Origin: a virus
Lineage: Duplodnaviria > Caudoviricetes
Reading direction: 5' to 3' (one strand)
Virus record (IMG/VR): IMGVR_UViG_3300017540_000003
Coordinates: 1-58,807 of that record
Length of the DNA stretch: 58,807 nt
Of the stretch, positions 9,397 through 19,580 are shown piece by piece. Position 1 is the stretch's first letter. Each line of letters starts with the position of its first letter. A program made the translations under genes and the position numbers. The notes under the pieces are model-generated. The model made no database searches and was not told the DNA's origin. It worked only from the letters and a program-made list of their open reading frames with translations.

Positions 9397-11708
9397 TGGC
9401 TATTCAGGTATGGAGAAACCTTGCGCTTGACCCTAAAGTTGTCCAGGTAGACGGTGACCTTAGCCCTGACGCATCTCTTTATTGGGGTTGGGGCGCGTCC
9501 GCAAGCGGCGGTTCATTCGGGGACGTAGCAACGATCGTTACAACGGGTGGACCACTCGCTGAAACTCCCCACTACGCTCAGTCAAGTTCTGGTGCCGCCG
9601 TAATTGACAAGGCGACAATCGTCTACGGCAATTCGTTCGCTAAATCAATATCCGTCACCCCCGGTGACACTATATCCTTCCAAATGTACGGCTGGATCAA
9701 TGTGCCAGCAACGGCTCTCCTGGCGCTGAATTGGTGGGGGCCGGGTGGCACTTTCCTAGCGCAGACATCCTATGGAGAAGCGTCCCCCATCGCGGCGTCC
9801 ACATGGGAACCCCGGTCGGCAACCTTCACTGTCCCATCTGGAGTCATTTCGGTAACCCCGCTGTTCGTGATGAATCTCACGACGCCATCCGTGGCCTCAT
9901 TCCGGGGAAGCGCGCTGACAGCTGTTCCTGCGGTGGATGGACTTGCCTACAACGGCCCCTATTTCGACGGCTCGCTCACCGATATCCCCGGCTCGGCGGA
10001 ATATGCGTGGCTTGGGGCGACCGACAACTCCGTCTCCACCCTGACGCTCACCGTACCTGATCCGGAGCCTCAGCCTGCGCAGTCTTCGGCGCAAGTGGTT
10101 CCCGTCCCCAACCCGGTCATTCCGCGCGTTCTTAAACCTCTCTACCTCAAAGACTTCAGCGTTCAAGAGGACAGCACACCGATCTACGCCTCCGACATGA
10201 CGGGCGGCGCGGGAACGATGGACCTCCAGGTGGACGAGAACGGCGACACGCCCTATCTCCTGGATGCAGAGATCGACCTGGTTGACCCGGCGCAGGGAAC
10301 CACTCGCGGGACAATTAGAAACCTCGCGGCGGACAACACGCAGGTGTCGATTAGCGCCGATAGCCGTATGGCCCTGCTAAACGTCACTCGCAATGCGGCA
10401 GCGTTTTCGGGAACCCTCGAAGACGCGCTCACCTACTACTTCGACCTGTGCGGAATCACTGACGGTTTCGTTATCGAAGATTCTATTCAAAGTATTCCCG
10501 TGAAGTTCCTGGGCTTCAGTGGGAACGTACTCGAAGAACTCAAGAAACTCGGGGTCGCCAACGGGGTCGAGTTCAGCCTTATCTCGAACAACATCGTAGC
10601 CCGTCCGATTCGCCAAAACGTCTCTCAGAATTACCGCGACTCCTCACGCTCCTGGTCGTATGACACCAGCCAGAAGGCGCAGTCGGTCGAGATTTACAAG
10701 TACACCGTTTCCGAAGTTACCAACGGCCTCATCTATAACGGGTACACGGAAAACCAGACGCCACTCGTGGTTGACGCAGGAACAACCGCTGAATTCACCA
10801 TTCCCTTCAACGGGTCACTCATTTCCATCGATCAGCCAGTTTTCACGACCACCATCGGCCCAGGCGATCCGGGATTTTCTGCGTACAACGTATCCGGGAA
10901 CGACAACCTCCCCATCACGCAGGCGCAGTGGGAGGGGCAGGGCGGAAGACTGTCGGTTTCCATCTCCGATGATACGCGCAGCATTATAGTGTCGATTACC
11001 GCACCGACGGAAACCCAATACAGCCCCTACCGTATCGGCGTTTCGGACGGCGAGGAAACTTATAGCACGCTGCGTCTTCACGGCTCAGCGCTGCTGTATG
11101 AGAAAGAGCTTCACACATATCACACCGCCGTAGACCCTGACCGAGTGAGCCGCGAGGTCGGAGCGACCGTAGACTCACCATACATCCAAACCGATCAACA
11201 ACTCCTCGACGCTGCGATGGGTGAGTTGCGGTACTGGGGCGGCAATAGGCGAACGATCAACGTCGCAACGCGGGGAATCAACCGACTGGGCGACAACGGT
11301 TCCTACGCCTACGCCGAGTTCTCCGACTTCGACGCCTGGTGGGACAATGCATCCCCAGGTGCCACGTTTGGCGACTTCGACGCTGACGCCCCCGCCACCT
11401 TCGGCAACACCTTTGGTGAGCATGATGAATGGTGGATCGAAGAAGTCCAAAACGATTTCGCTAATCAGGCATTCGGCAACATTGCCGGAGCGCGCGTGTT
11501 CACCGACTCGAACGTCCACCGCATCCGCACCGCCACCACAACGCCCGAGGGTATCACTTACACGGCCTGGGAGGATTCGATCTTCTCGGACCACGATGCA
11601 CTATGGGACGCCGCGGTTCCGGGGGCGACCTTTGCAGATTTCGACAACCATTGGTTCGGCAGGGCATTTGTAGAGTTCGACGCCACCCCACTTGAGCCCG
11701 TCGATTAG
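9396..11708 (+). CDS. Minor tail/baseplate protein with N-terminal carbohydrate-binding-like domain
   Basis: 770 aa; VTPGDT...YFDGS...W.G...S motifs; PEPQP linker; synteny. Confidence 0.7.
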   Translation: MAIQVWRNLALDPKVVQVDGDLSPDASLYWGWGASASGGSFGDVATIVTTGGPLAETPHYAQSSSGAAVIDKATIVYGNSFAKSISVTPGDTISFQMYGWINVPATALLALNWWGPGGTFLAQTSYGEASPIAASTWEPRSATFTVPSGVISVTPLFVMNLTTPSVASFRGSALTAVPAVDGLAYNGPYFDGSLTDIPGSAEYAWLGATDNSVSTLTLTVPDPEPQPAQSSAQVVPVPNPVIPRVLKPLYLKDFSVQEDSTPIYASDMTGGAGTMDLQVDENGDTPYLLDAEIDLVDPAQGTTRGTIRNLAADNTQVSISADSRMALLNVTRNAAAFSGTLEDALTYYFDLCGITDGFVIEDSIQSIPVKFLGFSGNVLEELKKLGVANGVEFSLISNNIVARPIRQNVSQNYRDSSRSWSYDTSQKAQSVEIYKYTVSEVTNGLIYNGYTENQTPLVVDAGTTAEFTIPFNGSLISIDQPVFTTTIGPGDPGFSAYNVSGNDNLPITQAQWEGQGGRLSVSISDDTRSIIVSITAPTETQYSPYRIGVSDGEETYSTLRLHGSALLYEKELHTYHTAVDPDRVSREVGATVDSPYIQTDQQLLDAAMGELRYWGGNRRTINVATRGINRLGDNGSYAYAEFSDFDAWWDNASPGATFGDFDADAPATFGNTFGEHDEWWIEEVQNDFANQAFGNIAGARVFTDSNVHRIRTATTTPEGITYTAWEDSIFSDHDALWDAAVPGATFADFDNHWFGRAFVEFDATPLEPVD

Positions 11709-11716
11709 GAGGAACA

Positions 11717-12289
11717 ATGGCAACAATACCGCCGATGAACCTGGGGCAAGAGGCTGCCCCCTGGGGACGCGAGATTCAAACACGCCTACAGAATCAAGAA
11801 CAAGAGATTGCGCGTCTAAGGCAAGACGTAGAGAACAGTCTGAGGACAATCAACGGCTCGCTGAGCAACATCGGCGGAGTCGTAAATATACTAAATGCCA
11901 CAGCGTCAATCCAGTATCGAGAATTCAATACAAGCATTTCCGGCTTTTCGGGTTGGTACAGCGGCTCTCTACCCAGCGTAACCGTATCCTCGCCAACCGG
12001 CAGACTGGAGATCGGCTACGGGGGCGCTTTGAATGGCGGTGACGGGTACTTCTGTTACTCGGTCGTCGGCGCAACCAGCGGGACGATTGTTTCACGAGAC
12101 ACCATTTTGAATACCCCCGCCCAGCGCGTAGCCGTCACAGGTGGCGCTAGTTTTGCTCCGTCAGGATGGCACACGGGGATCATTTCAGTACCCCCAAATG
12201 AGACCCTGACTGTAACGCTACAGATCAATTCATCCTCCACGTTCGTGACCGTTTTCGGGGGTTCGATTTATGCTCGAACTTCCCCATGA
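11717..12289 (+). CDS. Minor tail protein
   Basis: AGGAGG RBS; N-terminal coiled coil followed by a beta-rich domain. Confidence 0.6.
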   Translation: MATIPPMNLGQEAAPWGREIQTRLQNQEQEIARLRQDVENSLRTINGSLSNIGGVVNILNATASIQYREFNTSISGFSGWYSGSLPSVTVSSPTGRLEIGYGGALNGGDGYFCYSVVGATSGTIVSRDTILNTPAQRVAVTGGASFAPSGWHTGIISVPPNETLTVTLQINSSSTFVTVFGGSIYARTSP

Positions 12290-12318
12290 TTGATAGAATG
12301 TATTAGAGGAGTTTTTAA

Positions 12319-13077
12319 ATGCCACTTGGTTATTTCACCGGCAGCACGCCGCTTACGCCGCTGCGCGATCCCTTCAACGTGCTCGTGGATGCGGTGAACG
12401 GCGTTGAGACAACGGTTTCTGATACACGTCAGATTCAAACCTTCCGATGGGCGGATGCTACTGAACGTGCGGCACAGACCGGCATGGTCGCAGGCGACAT
12501 TGGATATCAGATCGACACGGACGCCGTATATCGCTACACCGGGTCCGCGTGGCGACCCGCCGGTTCTGGCCTGGTCCCAGTCCGCCCCGCATCGACTGCT
12601 GGTGGAACGATTTCTGGAACATCGGTCACCTTTACTACGGTTGGCTCCGTAGGGGTCAATGGATGCTTCACGAGTGATTTTGATAATTATCTCATTACCA
12701 TTGACATTTCCGCCCGCTCGTCCGTGGTCGATGTGAACATGAAACTTCGAGCATCCGGTTCAGACAACTCCTCCAGCGCCTACTCGGGTGTGAAGTTTTA
12801 CGCATCTGGAACTTCTACAACAGTCACCACCCCCGCCACCGGAACTGGCGGCTGGGCAATTGATGCGGGTGGACAGTCGCGCGCATTCGCAACCATCGAA
12901 ATTCGGTCGCCCGCCCTGAGTACCCCCACAATCGGCTGGTCAGACTTCGTTGGCGGAAGCGCATACGTCGGTAAATACAACCTTTCGCATTCCGTGTCTT
13001 CAGCGTTCGATGGATTTTCGCTAACTCCCACATCTGGAACCATCTCCGGCGTCATTCGGGTATATGGGAGGGTGTAA
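12319..13077 (+). CDS. Tail fiber/receptor-binding-like minor tail protein
   Basis: GDIGYQIDT..YRYTGSAW; FTSDFDNY; SGTISGVIRVYG terminus. Confidence 0.65.
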   Translation: MPLGYFTGSTPLTPLRDPFNVLVDAVNGVETTVSDTRQIQTFRWADATERAAQTGMVAGDIGYQIDTDAVYRYTGSAWRPAGSGLVPVRPASTAGGTISGTSVTFTTVGSVGVNGCFTSDFDNYLITIDISARSSVVDVNMKLRASGSDNSSSAYSGVKFYASGTSTTVTTPATGTGGWAIDAGGQSRAFATIEIRSPALSTPTIGWSDFVGGSAYVGKYNLSHSVSSAFDGFSLTPTSGTISGVIRVYGRV

Positions 13078-14105
13078 TTTCTGCAATAAACGGTCGCATC
13101 CCGCCCGAGCAGTTGCGGGTAGTCCAGTCCAACATGAAGTTGCCCCTGAAAGCAGCATCTGCGTGGGATGCGCTTGTTGTGGCATGTCGGAAAAATGTCA
13201 ACAAGATTCCAGTCATTACATACATGGTCGGGTCGTCTGTTCCCCCGCGCGGAACGGGCGCTTATCGCGATCTCGAACTGCAACAGTGGATGTGGGATCA
13301 TCGCTCCTCGTCAACTACTGGTGCCGTCGCTCGACCTGGCGCGTCGGTGCATGGAGAGCCGCCTGGGTGTGTAGATATCTCCAATTGGGAATCGTTTGGA
13401 GACATTCGCAAAAACGCCCAGGGCAAGCCATATTCCGCAACCCTCGACAGACTCGCAGAGAAGTGCGGATTCAGGCGGACATTATGGAATGAACCCTGGC
13501 ACTATCAATATGACGGAACAACTGTAGCAGGTAACGGCACCGAGCCGTTTGAAGACAAGAAGGAAGATATGACCACCGGGAACCTCTACCAGTATCCCTC
13601 TAACGGCCCACGAACCACCCGCACCGGGAGCATCCCGCCTGGGGGAACAACACACGACTTCCGACCTCGGCAGGGTGACCTGTTCTGGGAGCGCGAGCCG
13701 GGAGCCCCCCTATATCTCGTGCCGTCCGCAGATCAATACACTCGGCTCGTGAACGCGGGACTGCTGCCGTTGACGATGGATGCGGCGGAGATCGACGGGA
13801 TGTGCGCGGCGCAGGGCGTTACCGCCTCACCGTGGCTGTCGGTCGCGCCCTCGATTGTCAACGCCACCATTGATCTATCTCCGCTAGTTGCGCTCATTAA
13901 TGACCTGCCTACGAATGGCGAGATGGGGCAGGCGCTTACTTCCACGGTGGCCCTGGTCAACGAGCACGCCGACACGAACAAGCAAGAGATTCTGAACGCC
14001 ATTGACGACATCCCTGGCGGTGGAACATCGGGCGGTAACTACAGCCTATCTCTGAACATTGATGGCGTCCCCGGAACGGCTACCGGAACCGCAACTCCGC
14101 AGTAA
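13077..14105 (+). CDS. Endolysin, M15/VanY-like zinc peptidase (start probably ATT 13077; first canonical start is 13113)
   Basis: GAYR...Q, PGASVHG...D and EPWH motifs; in-frame NGRIPPEQL upstream of the first canonical start. Confidence 0.8.
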   Translation: MSAINGRIPPEQLRVVQSNMKLPLKAASAWDALVVACRKNVNKIPVITYMVGSSVPPRGTGAYRDLELQQWMWDHRSSSTTGAVARPGASVHGEPPGCVDISNWESFGDIRKNAQGKPYSATLDRLAEKCGFRRTLWNEPWHYQYDGTTVAGNGTEPFEDKKEDMTTGNLYQYPSNGPRTTRTGSIPPGGTTHDFRPRQGDLFWEREPGAPLYLVPSADQYTRLVNAGLLPLTMDAAEIDGMCAAQGVTASPWLSVAPSIVNATIDLSPLVALINDLPTNGEMGQALTSTVALVNEHADTNKQEILNAIDDIPGGGTSGGNYSLSLNIDGVPGTATGTATPQ

Positions 14106-14135
14106 CCAGGGCTTCCGCCCGATAGGAGCCCGAAC

Positions 14136-14585
14136 ATGGCAGCAGCACCCCGCGACATGACGACGGGCGAGATCGAAGTGCGTCTCGACTCGTTGGAAAA
14201 GAACATCCTGGCAGAACTTCGCGAGATCAAAGCGAACATGGTCACAACCGGCGTATTCGATGCGCGTCTTCTGGCTTATGAGCAGCAGATGACCCGGTTA
14301 GAGCGCGACCATCAGGAGTGGGTGCGAGAATCCACCGAGGCGCACGTATCACTCGACCGCGATTCAAAGGCTCGGCACGCGGAGACTAATGCTGAAATGA
14401 AAGCCTTGGAGCAGCGCATCAACACCCGCTTCGAAAAGCAGGAAGAGCGTCAATTCACTGTTGACCAGGCAGTGAAGGCACAGAAGAACAGCAAATGGCA
14501 GGCTATCGGTGTTGCGATCTTCAGTTCTGCGTTAAGCATTCTTGCCGCCATCATCATCTCCATGAACGAGAAATTGTTGGGATGA
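14136..14585 (+). CDS. Lysis-module membrane protein (coiled coil plus C-terminal TM helix)
   Basis: Hydrophobic WQAIGVAIFSSALSILAAIII; follows the endolysin. Confidence 0.6.
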   Translation: MAAAPRDMTTGEIEVRLDSLEKNILAELREIKANMVTTGVFDARLLAYEQQMTRLERDHQEWVRESTEAHVSLDRDSKARHAETNAEMKALEQRINTRFEKQEERQFTVDQAVKAQKNSKWQAIGVAIFSSALSILAAIIISMNEKLLG

Positions 14586-15031
14586 AGATGGGAGACCTGA
14601 CCGGGGTTACCAAGGCCATCTACGCGGTAGCAATCGCCGCAACGGTAGCCCTGGTTGCCGTGGTCATCTTCTTCCTGGTCACTCGGGCCGTAGAAGCCGA
14701 TCAGCGAGCCGAGAGAGCCGAGGAGCAACTACAAGAGCTTACGACGCAGAATCGGGGGCCGCAAGGCCCGGAGGGTGATCCCGGACGCGCTCCTACAGCC
14801 GATGAGATCGCCGCTGCCGTGGCCGACTACTGCGCAGAGCACAATGGCTGCCAGGGGCCGCAGGGGGAGCCTGGACGCAACGGCAAGGACGGCGTGAGCA
14901 TTCAGGGGCCAGCGGGAGCGAACGGCCTGAACGGAACGGGAATCACCAAGGTGGAATGCCTGGGTACGAGCATCCGCTTTTGGGCCGGGTCAACTATCGT
15001 CGGCAACGTGAAAATGGTGTGCCTAGGCTGA
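14582..15031 (+). CDS. Membrane-anchored collagen-like repeat protein
   Basis: N-terminal TM helix, GPQGPEG/GPQGEPG repeats; ATGA overlap. Confidence 0.7.
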   Translation: MKMGDLTGVTKAIYAVAIAATVALVAVVIFFLVTRAVEADQRAERAEEQLQELTTQNRGPQGPEGDPGRAPTADEIAAAVADYCAEHNGCQGPQGEPGRNGKDGVSIQGPAGANGLNGTGITKVECLGTSIRFWAGSTIVGNVKMVCLG

Positions 15032-15032
15032 T

Positions 15033-15776
15033 TCAGGCGCGAAGTTCGCTGGTTGCCGCTCGTTTCGTAGCCCGCATCCAGCTGTTGCACTCCAGGCACT
15101 TATACTGCTGGTAGATTCCCGTTGCGGTTGCCTTGAAGCCACGTCGCTCCAGCCGTAGGGAGCCACACTTCGTACACATGTCACCCAGGTAACCGATAGC
15201 CAAGTTCGGGTGCATGGACGCCGGAATCCAGGGCAACAGGCGTAGGTACAATTTCTCCAGCAGAACAACATCCTGCTTCTGGTAGCGAGCAAACGCACGG
15301 CGGGCCTTCTCGTCGCCTTGCTGCACCTTGGGGATAATGTCGAAGAACCCTTCGTGCTTTACCTTCTGACCCACTCCGAGCTGCTGTGAGACGTGATCCA
15401 GGGAGTTACTGCTGAAGGCGAATTGCCGCCTTGCAACCGCCATCAAATCCAACTCCTGCCAGTCGCTCGGTGGCTCCATGCCCTCCAGGATAAACTCGGT
15501 GCGAATCTTCTTCGAGTCATGCCTGCGACCATTCCATGACACCACCGCATCGGCCTCAGTGAGGAGTTCCTGAATTGTTTCCAGCATCTCCTGACGACCG
15601 TGCTCGTACTCCGCCTTGAAGATGTATTTACCGCCGACCCACTTTGCCCCAAAGCACAAAACTCGGGATTCTTCGATTGTCTGGATCGGGCGGATATTCT
15701 GCTTGAATCTTCCCCAGTGGTAGGAAAGCATCGCGGTATTCTCCAGGTCGAAGCACAAGATTTTAGGATTGGACAC
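15033..15776 (-). CDS. DnaQ/RNase H-like 3'-5' exonuclease with C-terminal zinc ribbon
   Basis: FDLE, SWNGRRHD, NSLD and YQKQDV motifs; CTKC...CLEC. Confidence 0.8.
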   Translation of the reverse strand: MSNPKILCFDLENTAMLSYHWGRFKQNIRPIQTIEESRVLCFGAKWVGGKYIFKAEYEHGRQEMLETIQELLTEADAVVSWNGRRHDSKKIRTEFILEGMEPPSDWQELDLMAVARRQFAFSSNSLDHVSQQLGVGQKVKHEGFFDIIPKVQQGDEKARRAFARYQKQDVVLLEKLYLRLLPWIPASMHPNLAIGYLGDMCTKCGSLRLERRGFKATATGIYQQYKCLECNSWMRATKRAATSELRA

Positions 15777-16497
15777 TTTTACTCCATTTTTCTATGTAGT
15801 TGGACAGACCCCTCAACCTAACCAGGCTGTCCTTGGCGAAACCTAACGTTTGATTGCAGGAACGACAAAGAATTCCCCGCACGCATTTGCCACAGGAGGA
15901 AACGCCTGAACAGCAGGCGTGATCGTGGTCCACATGGTAGACACCGGCTGACAACTTCGTCCCGCAGGCTGCGCAAAGTCCACGTTGCTCCTCCCAAAGG
16001 ATCATGTAATCAGCAAAGGAAATATTATGCGTCTTGCATCGAACGCAGTCAACGCATCTCGGCGCGAGTCCATCCGCACTCGGGTGCTTGGCGTATCTAT
16101 CCCCATCTAGCCACCGCTCACAGTCCTTGCATTGCTTTTGCCCGTGTTCATTCCTCTCGAAAAGTTTTCCACGGGGTCGCCAGTTGTACCTGACGCGCTC
16201 TCTTGTGAACGCCCGCCCGCGATGCCACTCTGAGTAGTGCCTAGCGCAATACCCTCGCGTTTTCATGCGCTCGTCACAGAACTCCAGGGAGCACGTTGTG
16301 CCGGGCGGAATCCTGTCCCTAAGTACGGTTAGGGTTTTTCCAGAGATAGTTTGATTGTAATGCGATACGCAAACGTTTCGTACATGCTTAGGCCTGTTGC
16401 ACCGAACCCCCATCGGCATGGCCTGACATACAGAACTGCCATCGCTATCGATAGGCCAGTCCAAGCCATCATGTTTATTGATGCGAGATGAGCCCAT
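15763..16497 (-). CDS. Endonuclease VII-like HNH endonuclease
   Basis: QRGLCAAC...HVDHDH...VRGILCRSCN..LG; GGAGG RBS before ATG 16497. Confidence 0.85.
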   Translation of the reverse strand: MGSSRINKHDGLDWPIDSDGSSVCQAMPMGVRCNRPKHVRNVCVSHYNQTISGKTLTVLRDRIPPGTTCSLEFCDERMKTRGYCARHYSEWHRGRAFTRERVRYNWRPRGKLFERNEHGQKQCKDCERWLDGDRYAKHPSADGLAPRCVDCVRCKTHNISFADYMILWEEQRGLCAACGTKLSAGVYHVDHDHACCSGVSSCGKCVRGILCRSCNQTLGFAKDSLVRLRGLSNYIEKWSKSVQS

Positions 16498-16672
16498 TAA
16501 ATTCCTCCCCTCACAGAGTCTAGCAGGTCTTTTCATGAGGCGACTTTTCAGGTTGCCCTGGTAACGTAGTAAGTCCTATGAATGAATACACTTCGATTGA
16601 CGACTACTTCGTGCCCACCGACCCCATGGACGAGCTTCAGTGCGAAAGTTGTCAGTAGGGTAAACTGTACTT

Positions 16673-16909
16673 ATGTGGACTAAGAGTTTCTGGAAGGGTG
16701 CCGCGGAGCGGGCCATCAAGACCATCGCCCAGACTGCTGTCGCGTACTTCGTGATCGGCACCACGGGCATCCTGGAGATTGACTGGGTGGCGCTCGGCTC
16801 TGTATCTGCGGCTGCGGGTATCGCCTCGCTCCTCACCAGCATCGGGAACGCCGACTTTGTAGCGGGCAAGCCGGATGACTCCACTACCGTCATTAAGGTT
16901 GGTGACTGA
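16673..16909 (+). CDS. Holin (r1t-like)
   Basis: FWKGAAERAIKTIAQT...SLLTSI signature; two hydrophobic segments; TAAACT 6 nt upstream. Confidence 0.85.
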   Translation: MWTKSFWKGAAERAIKTIAQTAVAYFVIGTTGILEIDWVALGSVSAAAGIASLLTSIGNADFVAGKPDDSTTVIKVGD

Positions 16910-16977
16910 GCTTTCTAGACTTCCGCAAGGAAGATTCGCTACCGCGACTAGAAAGGATGGTGACCTCAATCTAGCCT

Positions 16978-17015
16978 AAGCCTCTCCGTCAGACCCGACA
17001 CTGGCGGAGGGGCTT
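16978..17015. terminator. Bidirectional terminator-like hairpin between convergent units
   Basis: AAGCCTCTCCGTCAG...CTGGCGGAGGGGCTT. Confidence 0.65.
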
Positions 17016-17160
17016 TCGCTTTGCAGTAAAGATTCGACGTGCGCTCGGAAGCGCTCTGCGGCCCGCTGCTGGTTTGCCTTTACCGCCTCAAGGTAATGCT
17101 TGGCACATAGCGGGACATAACCGGACGGCCTGCACGATGGCCGGTCGCACAGGTTGCACT

Positions 17161-17487
17161 TCACTTCAGCCTCCAGTCCTCGAATCTCGCAATACTCTGC
17201 ACCACCAGCGCTGCATCTTGCTTATCAAGGTTCTCAAGCGCCCAGGCCTTTGCTTCGTCGGCGGTCATGTCATAACTAGATGCGCCTCCATAGCAACCGT
17301 AGGTCTCCCAAATGTCGTAGCCGGTCTCGGAACACCACTCTACAACTAATTCTTGGTCGCTTCCGCCACACTGATCGCACTCGAAATACCCGCGGTACTT
17401 GTCTAAAACTCGGCAGTAGTCACCATTGTCGTCTCGCTCGATGATGAACTTGCTCACTCCAACCTCCAATCGCCTGTCATCGCCCAC
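17161..17487 (-). CDS. Hypothetical protein with CxxC
   Basis: Part of the coupled minus-strand gene chain; start uncertain. Confidence 0.5.
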   Translation of the reverse strand: MGDDRRLEVGVSKFIIERDDNGDYCRVLDKYRGYFECDQCGGSDQELVVEWCSETGYDIWETYGCYGGASSYDMTADEAKAWALENLDKQDAALVVQSIARFEDWRLK

Positions 17488-17604
17488 TGGACGCCCTGCT
17501 GGAACCCGACGGTAAAGATGATCTCCTCCGTCTCGCTCATCGGTGGATTGCCCAGGAGTACAAGCTCGGCGGCATGATGCAGAAGTGCGTCCTCAATCGC
17601 GGCA

Positions 17605-18138
17605 TCAACGGGGTTCATCGCCACCCCAATACTTCTCAATGGTCGGTCGGTGGCCCAACTTGTCCCGCATAATGCTCAGCAGGTGACCGATGGCGCTGCG
17701 AACATCATCCGCATCCGACTGGCCGACCATTTTGCCGGTGACGTACAGTTCTGGATGGTTCTCCTTGATCCAGGCGAGCTGGTTCCGCTTCTTTTCGGCG
17801 GCATTCTTCCCGCTCACGACGTACTGGTAGTTGCTCGTGCGCCAGCGGGCCGGGTCAAGATCGTAGTCGTGCATGTAGCCAAGCGTGACCAACGCACCCT
17901 CCACATACTTCGGGTACATGCTGTCGATTGTCTGAATCGCAGAATACGGCTTGTAGAACTCCGCCCACCAAACGTGTGAGTCAGCAGTGCTCTGATTCTC
18001 ATTCAGCCAAATAAGAAGCCCCGGAAGGCCGCCATCGACCTGCGCGTAACCGTCCAGAGTGAAGGGTGTCGCTTCGCCGTAGTGTCCCCAAGCCAAACCC
18101 GTTGATCGGCCAGGGTCGCAGAACAGGATTTGGGTCAC
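17605..18138 (-). CDS. RuvC-like Holliday junction resolvase
   Basis: ILFCDPGRSTGLA, AEFY and DADDVRSA acidic motifs. Confidence 0.7.
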   Translation of the reverse strand: MTQILFCDPGRSTGLAWGHYGEATPFTLDGYAQVDGGLPGLLIWLNENQSTADSHVWWAEFYKPYSAIQTIDSMYPKYVEGALVTLGYMHDYDLDPARWRTSNYQYVVSGKNAAEKKRNQLAWIKENHPELYVTGKMVGQSDADDVRSAIGHLLSIMRDKLGHRPTIEKYWGGDEPR

Positions 18139-18425
18139 AGCGAATCCTCCAACACGCGCGTTGTCACCCGTGTCGTCACACCGCTAGATTCTGCGTCCCC
18201 TGGGCTTGTGCCGTAATCGTCCTGGCCGTAGTGGGCGAGCGAGCGCATCACCAGCACCATGCGGTACCCCTCCAGGCTTCCGGTAGACAGAGGCGTCAGA
18301 AGTTCCTGCCACTCGCCGTCGCCACGCTTCTCGTGCTCGGGGTTCACGCGGCGGATCATGGGCGTCTCGCCTTGCATCACGTACTCGTAAACGGCACCGC
18401 TCTCAGTCTTCAGCGTGCGCATCAT
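18135..18425 (-). CDS. Hypothetical protein
   Basis: Coupled ORF; resembles 18555..18863. Confidence 0.55.
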   Translation of the reverse strand: MMRTLKTESGAVYEYVMQGETPMIRRVNPEHEKRGDGEWQELLTPLSTGSLEGYRMVLVMRSLAHYGQDDYGTSPGDAESSGVTTRVTTRVLEDSL

Positions 18426-18554
18426 TCCCCTCCGCGTCTAGCAGCAGACGGGCTAGGCATCCTGCGTGCCAGGCCCAGCAGTTCTCGTAGTGGGTGGAGA
18501 CCCTGCCCTCATGCACTTTCGCAACGTCGCTCAATATCTCAAGCTGAGCCTTGT

Positions 18555-18863
18555 TCACGGCGAATCCTCCACGCTTACGATGGGGGTACTGATTCGCCAC
18601 TCGTCCCTGCCCGAAACATAGAAGCGCTCACCCACAACCGGCTCTCGCCTCGAACGCCAGGGACTCTTGTATTCTCCCGAAGCCCAGCCCTCGTAAGCCC
18701 AGGGCACCATGAGGTCGTCGGTCTGTGGGGCGCTCATCATAAGCCACGGCTTGATCGAATACTCGCCCCCATCTGACGTAATCTTCACCAGGTGGCCGTC
18801 ATATTCGTATGTCGTACCCGTCTCGGTAGTCGCCCTCCAGGTCATGCGGGCTCCACTTTCCAC
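18555..18863 (-). CDS. Hypothetical protein
   Basis: Coupled ORF; true start probably MTWRATT. Confidence 0.55.
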   Translation of the reverse strand: MESGARMTWRATTETGTTYEYDGHLVKITSDGGEYSIKPWLMMSAPQTDDLMVPWAYEGWASGEYKSPWRSRREPVVGERFYVSGRDEWRISTPIVSVEDSP

Positions 18864-19087
18864 CCATTGCTGCGAAGCCAGGTGATAACCTCCAGGCGCT
18901 TCACCGGGTCTTCGACAATCGACCGAGTATCCGCATCACCGGCAAGTGCCTCACGTGCGATCTCGGCAACCCATTCCTTGTCACTGTTCTCGATGTAATC
19001 CTTGACGAAGCTCTCGACATCGTATTCATCCGCATCTTCCATGAAGTCCCAGAAGTCGATATCAACACTCGTGCTTACGTAACCCAT
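18842..19087 (-). CDS. Hypothetical acidic protein
   Basis: TAATG-coupled, GGAG RBS. Confidence 0.6.
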   Translation of the reverse strand: MGYVSTSVDIDFWDFMEDADEYDVESFVKDYIENSDKEWVAEIAREALAGDADTRSIVEDPVKRLEVITWLRSNGWKVEPA

Positions 19088-19548
19088 TACGCCATCTCCT
19101 CCAATCGAATCAACAACTCTTCCTTGGGCACGACGCGCCCGTTCATGACCACAGTAGTGCCCGCGACGGAAAAACGCAAGCCGTGATGCGCCCCCTGAAT
19201 CCAGGTCAGCGCTTCGCTCTTGCCCGCCTTGACCTCGCAGCCAGCCGATAGCGCCAGGTCTGCCACCTTGCCGAGCGTTGACTGCGTGTTGATTGCGCCG
19301 GACTTCGTGTACTTGAGCACGGACTCTAGCGGAACCTCGATGCCGGGGGCTACTGCGGACTTGGGCGTCTTGCTCGATTCCTTGGCGGCTGCGTAGGCAC
19401 TCCTGATTGCATCCCTACCTCGCAGCGATCCAGTGTCAGCCATGTGGTCACCAGAATGCCCCACCTCCAGCGAGCATCGCCATACGACCGGACGCTTCCA
19501 GGATGTTCCAGCGCGAACACTCGGCTTCATCTCGTAATCACAGCGCAA
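19087..19548 (-). CDS. Hypothetical protein
   Basis: GGAGG RBS; coupled ORF. Confidence 0.55.
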   Translation of the reverse strand: MRCDYEMKPSVRAGTSWKRPVVWRCSLEVGHSGDHMADTGSLRGRDAIRSAYAAAKESSKTPKSAVAPGIEVPLESVLKYTKSGAINTQSTLGKVADLALSAGCEVKAGKSEALTWIQGAHHGLRFSVAGTTVVMNGRVVPKEELLIRLEEMA

Positions 19549-19580
19549 GAGTGTCCTCCAGCGGGAAGCACTTCTCGCAC

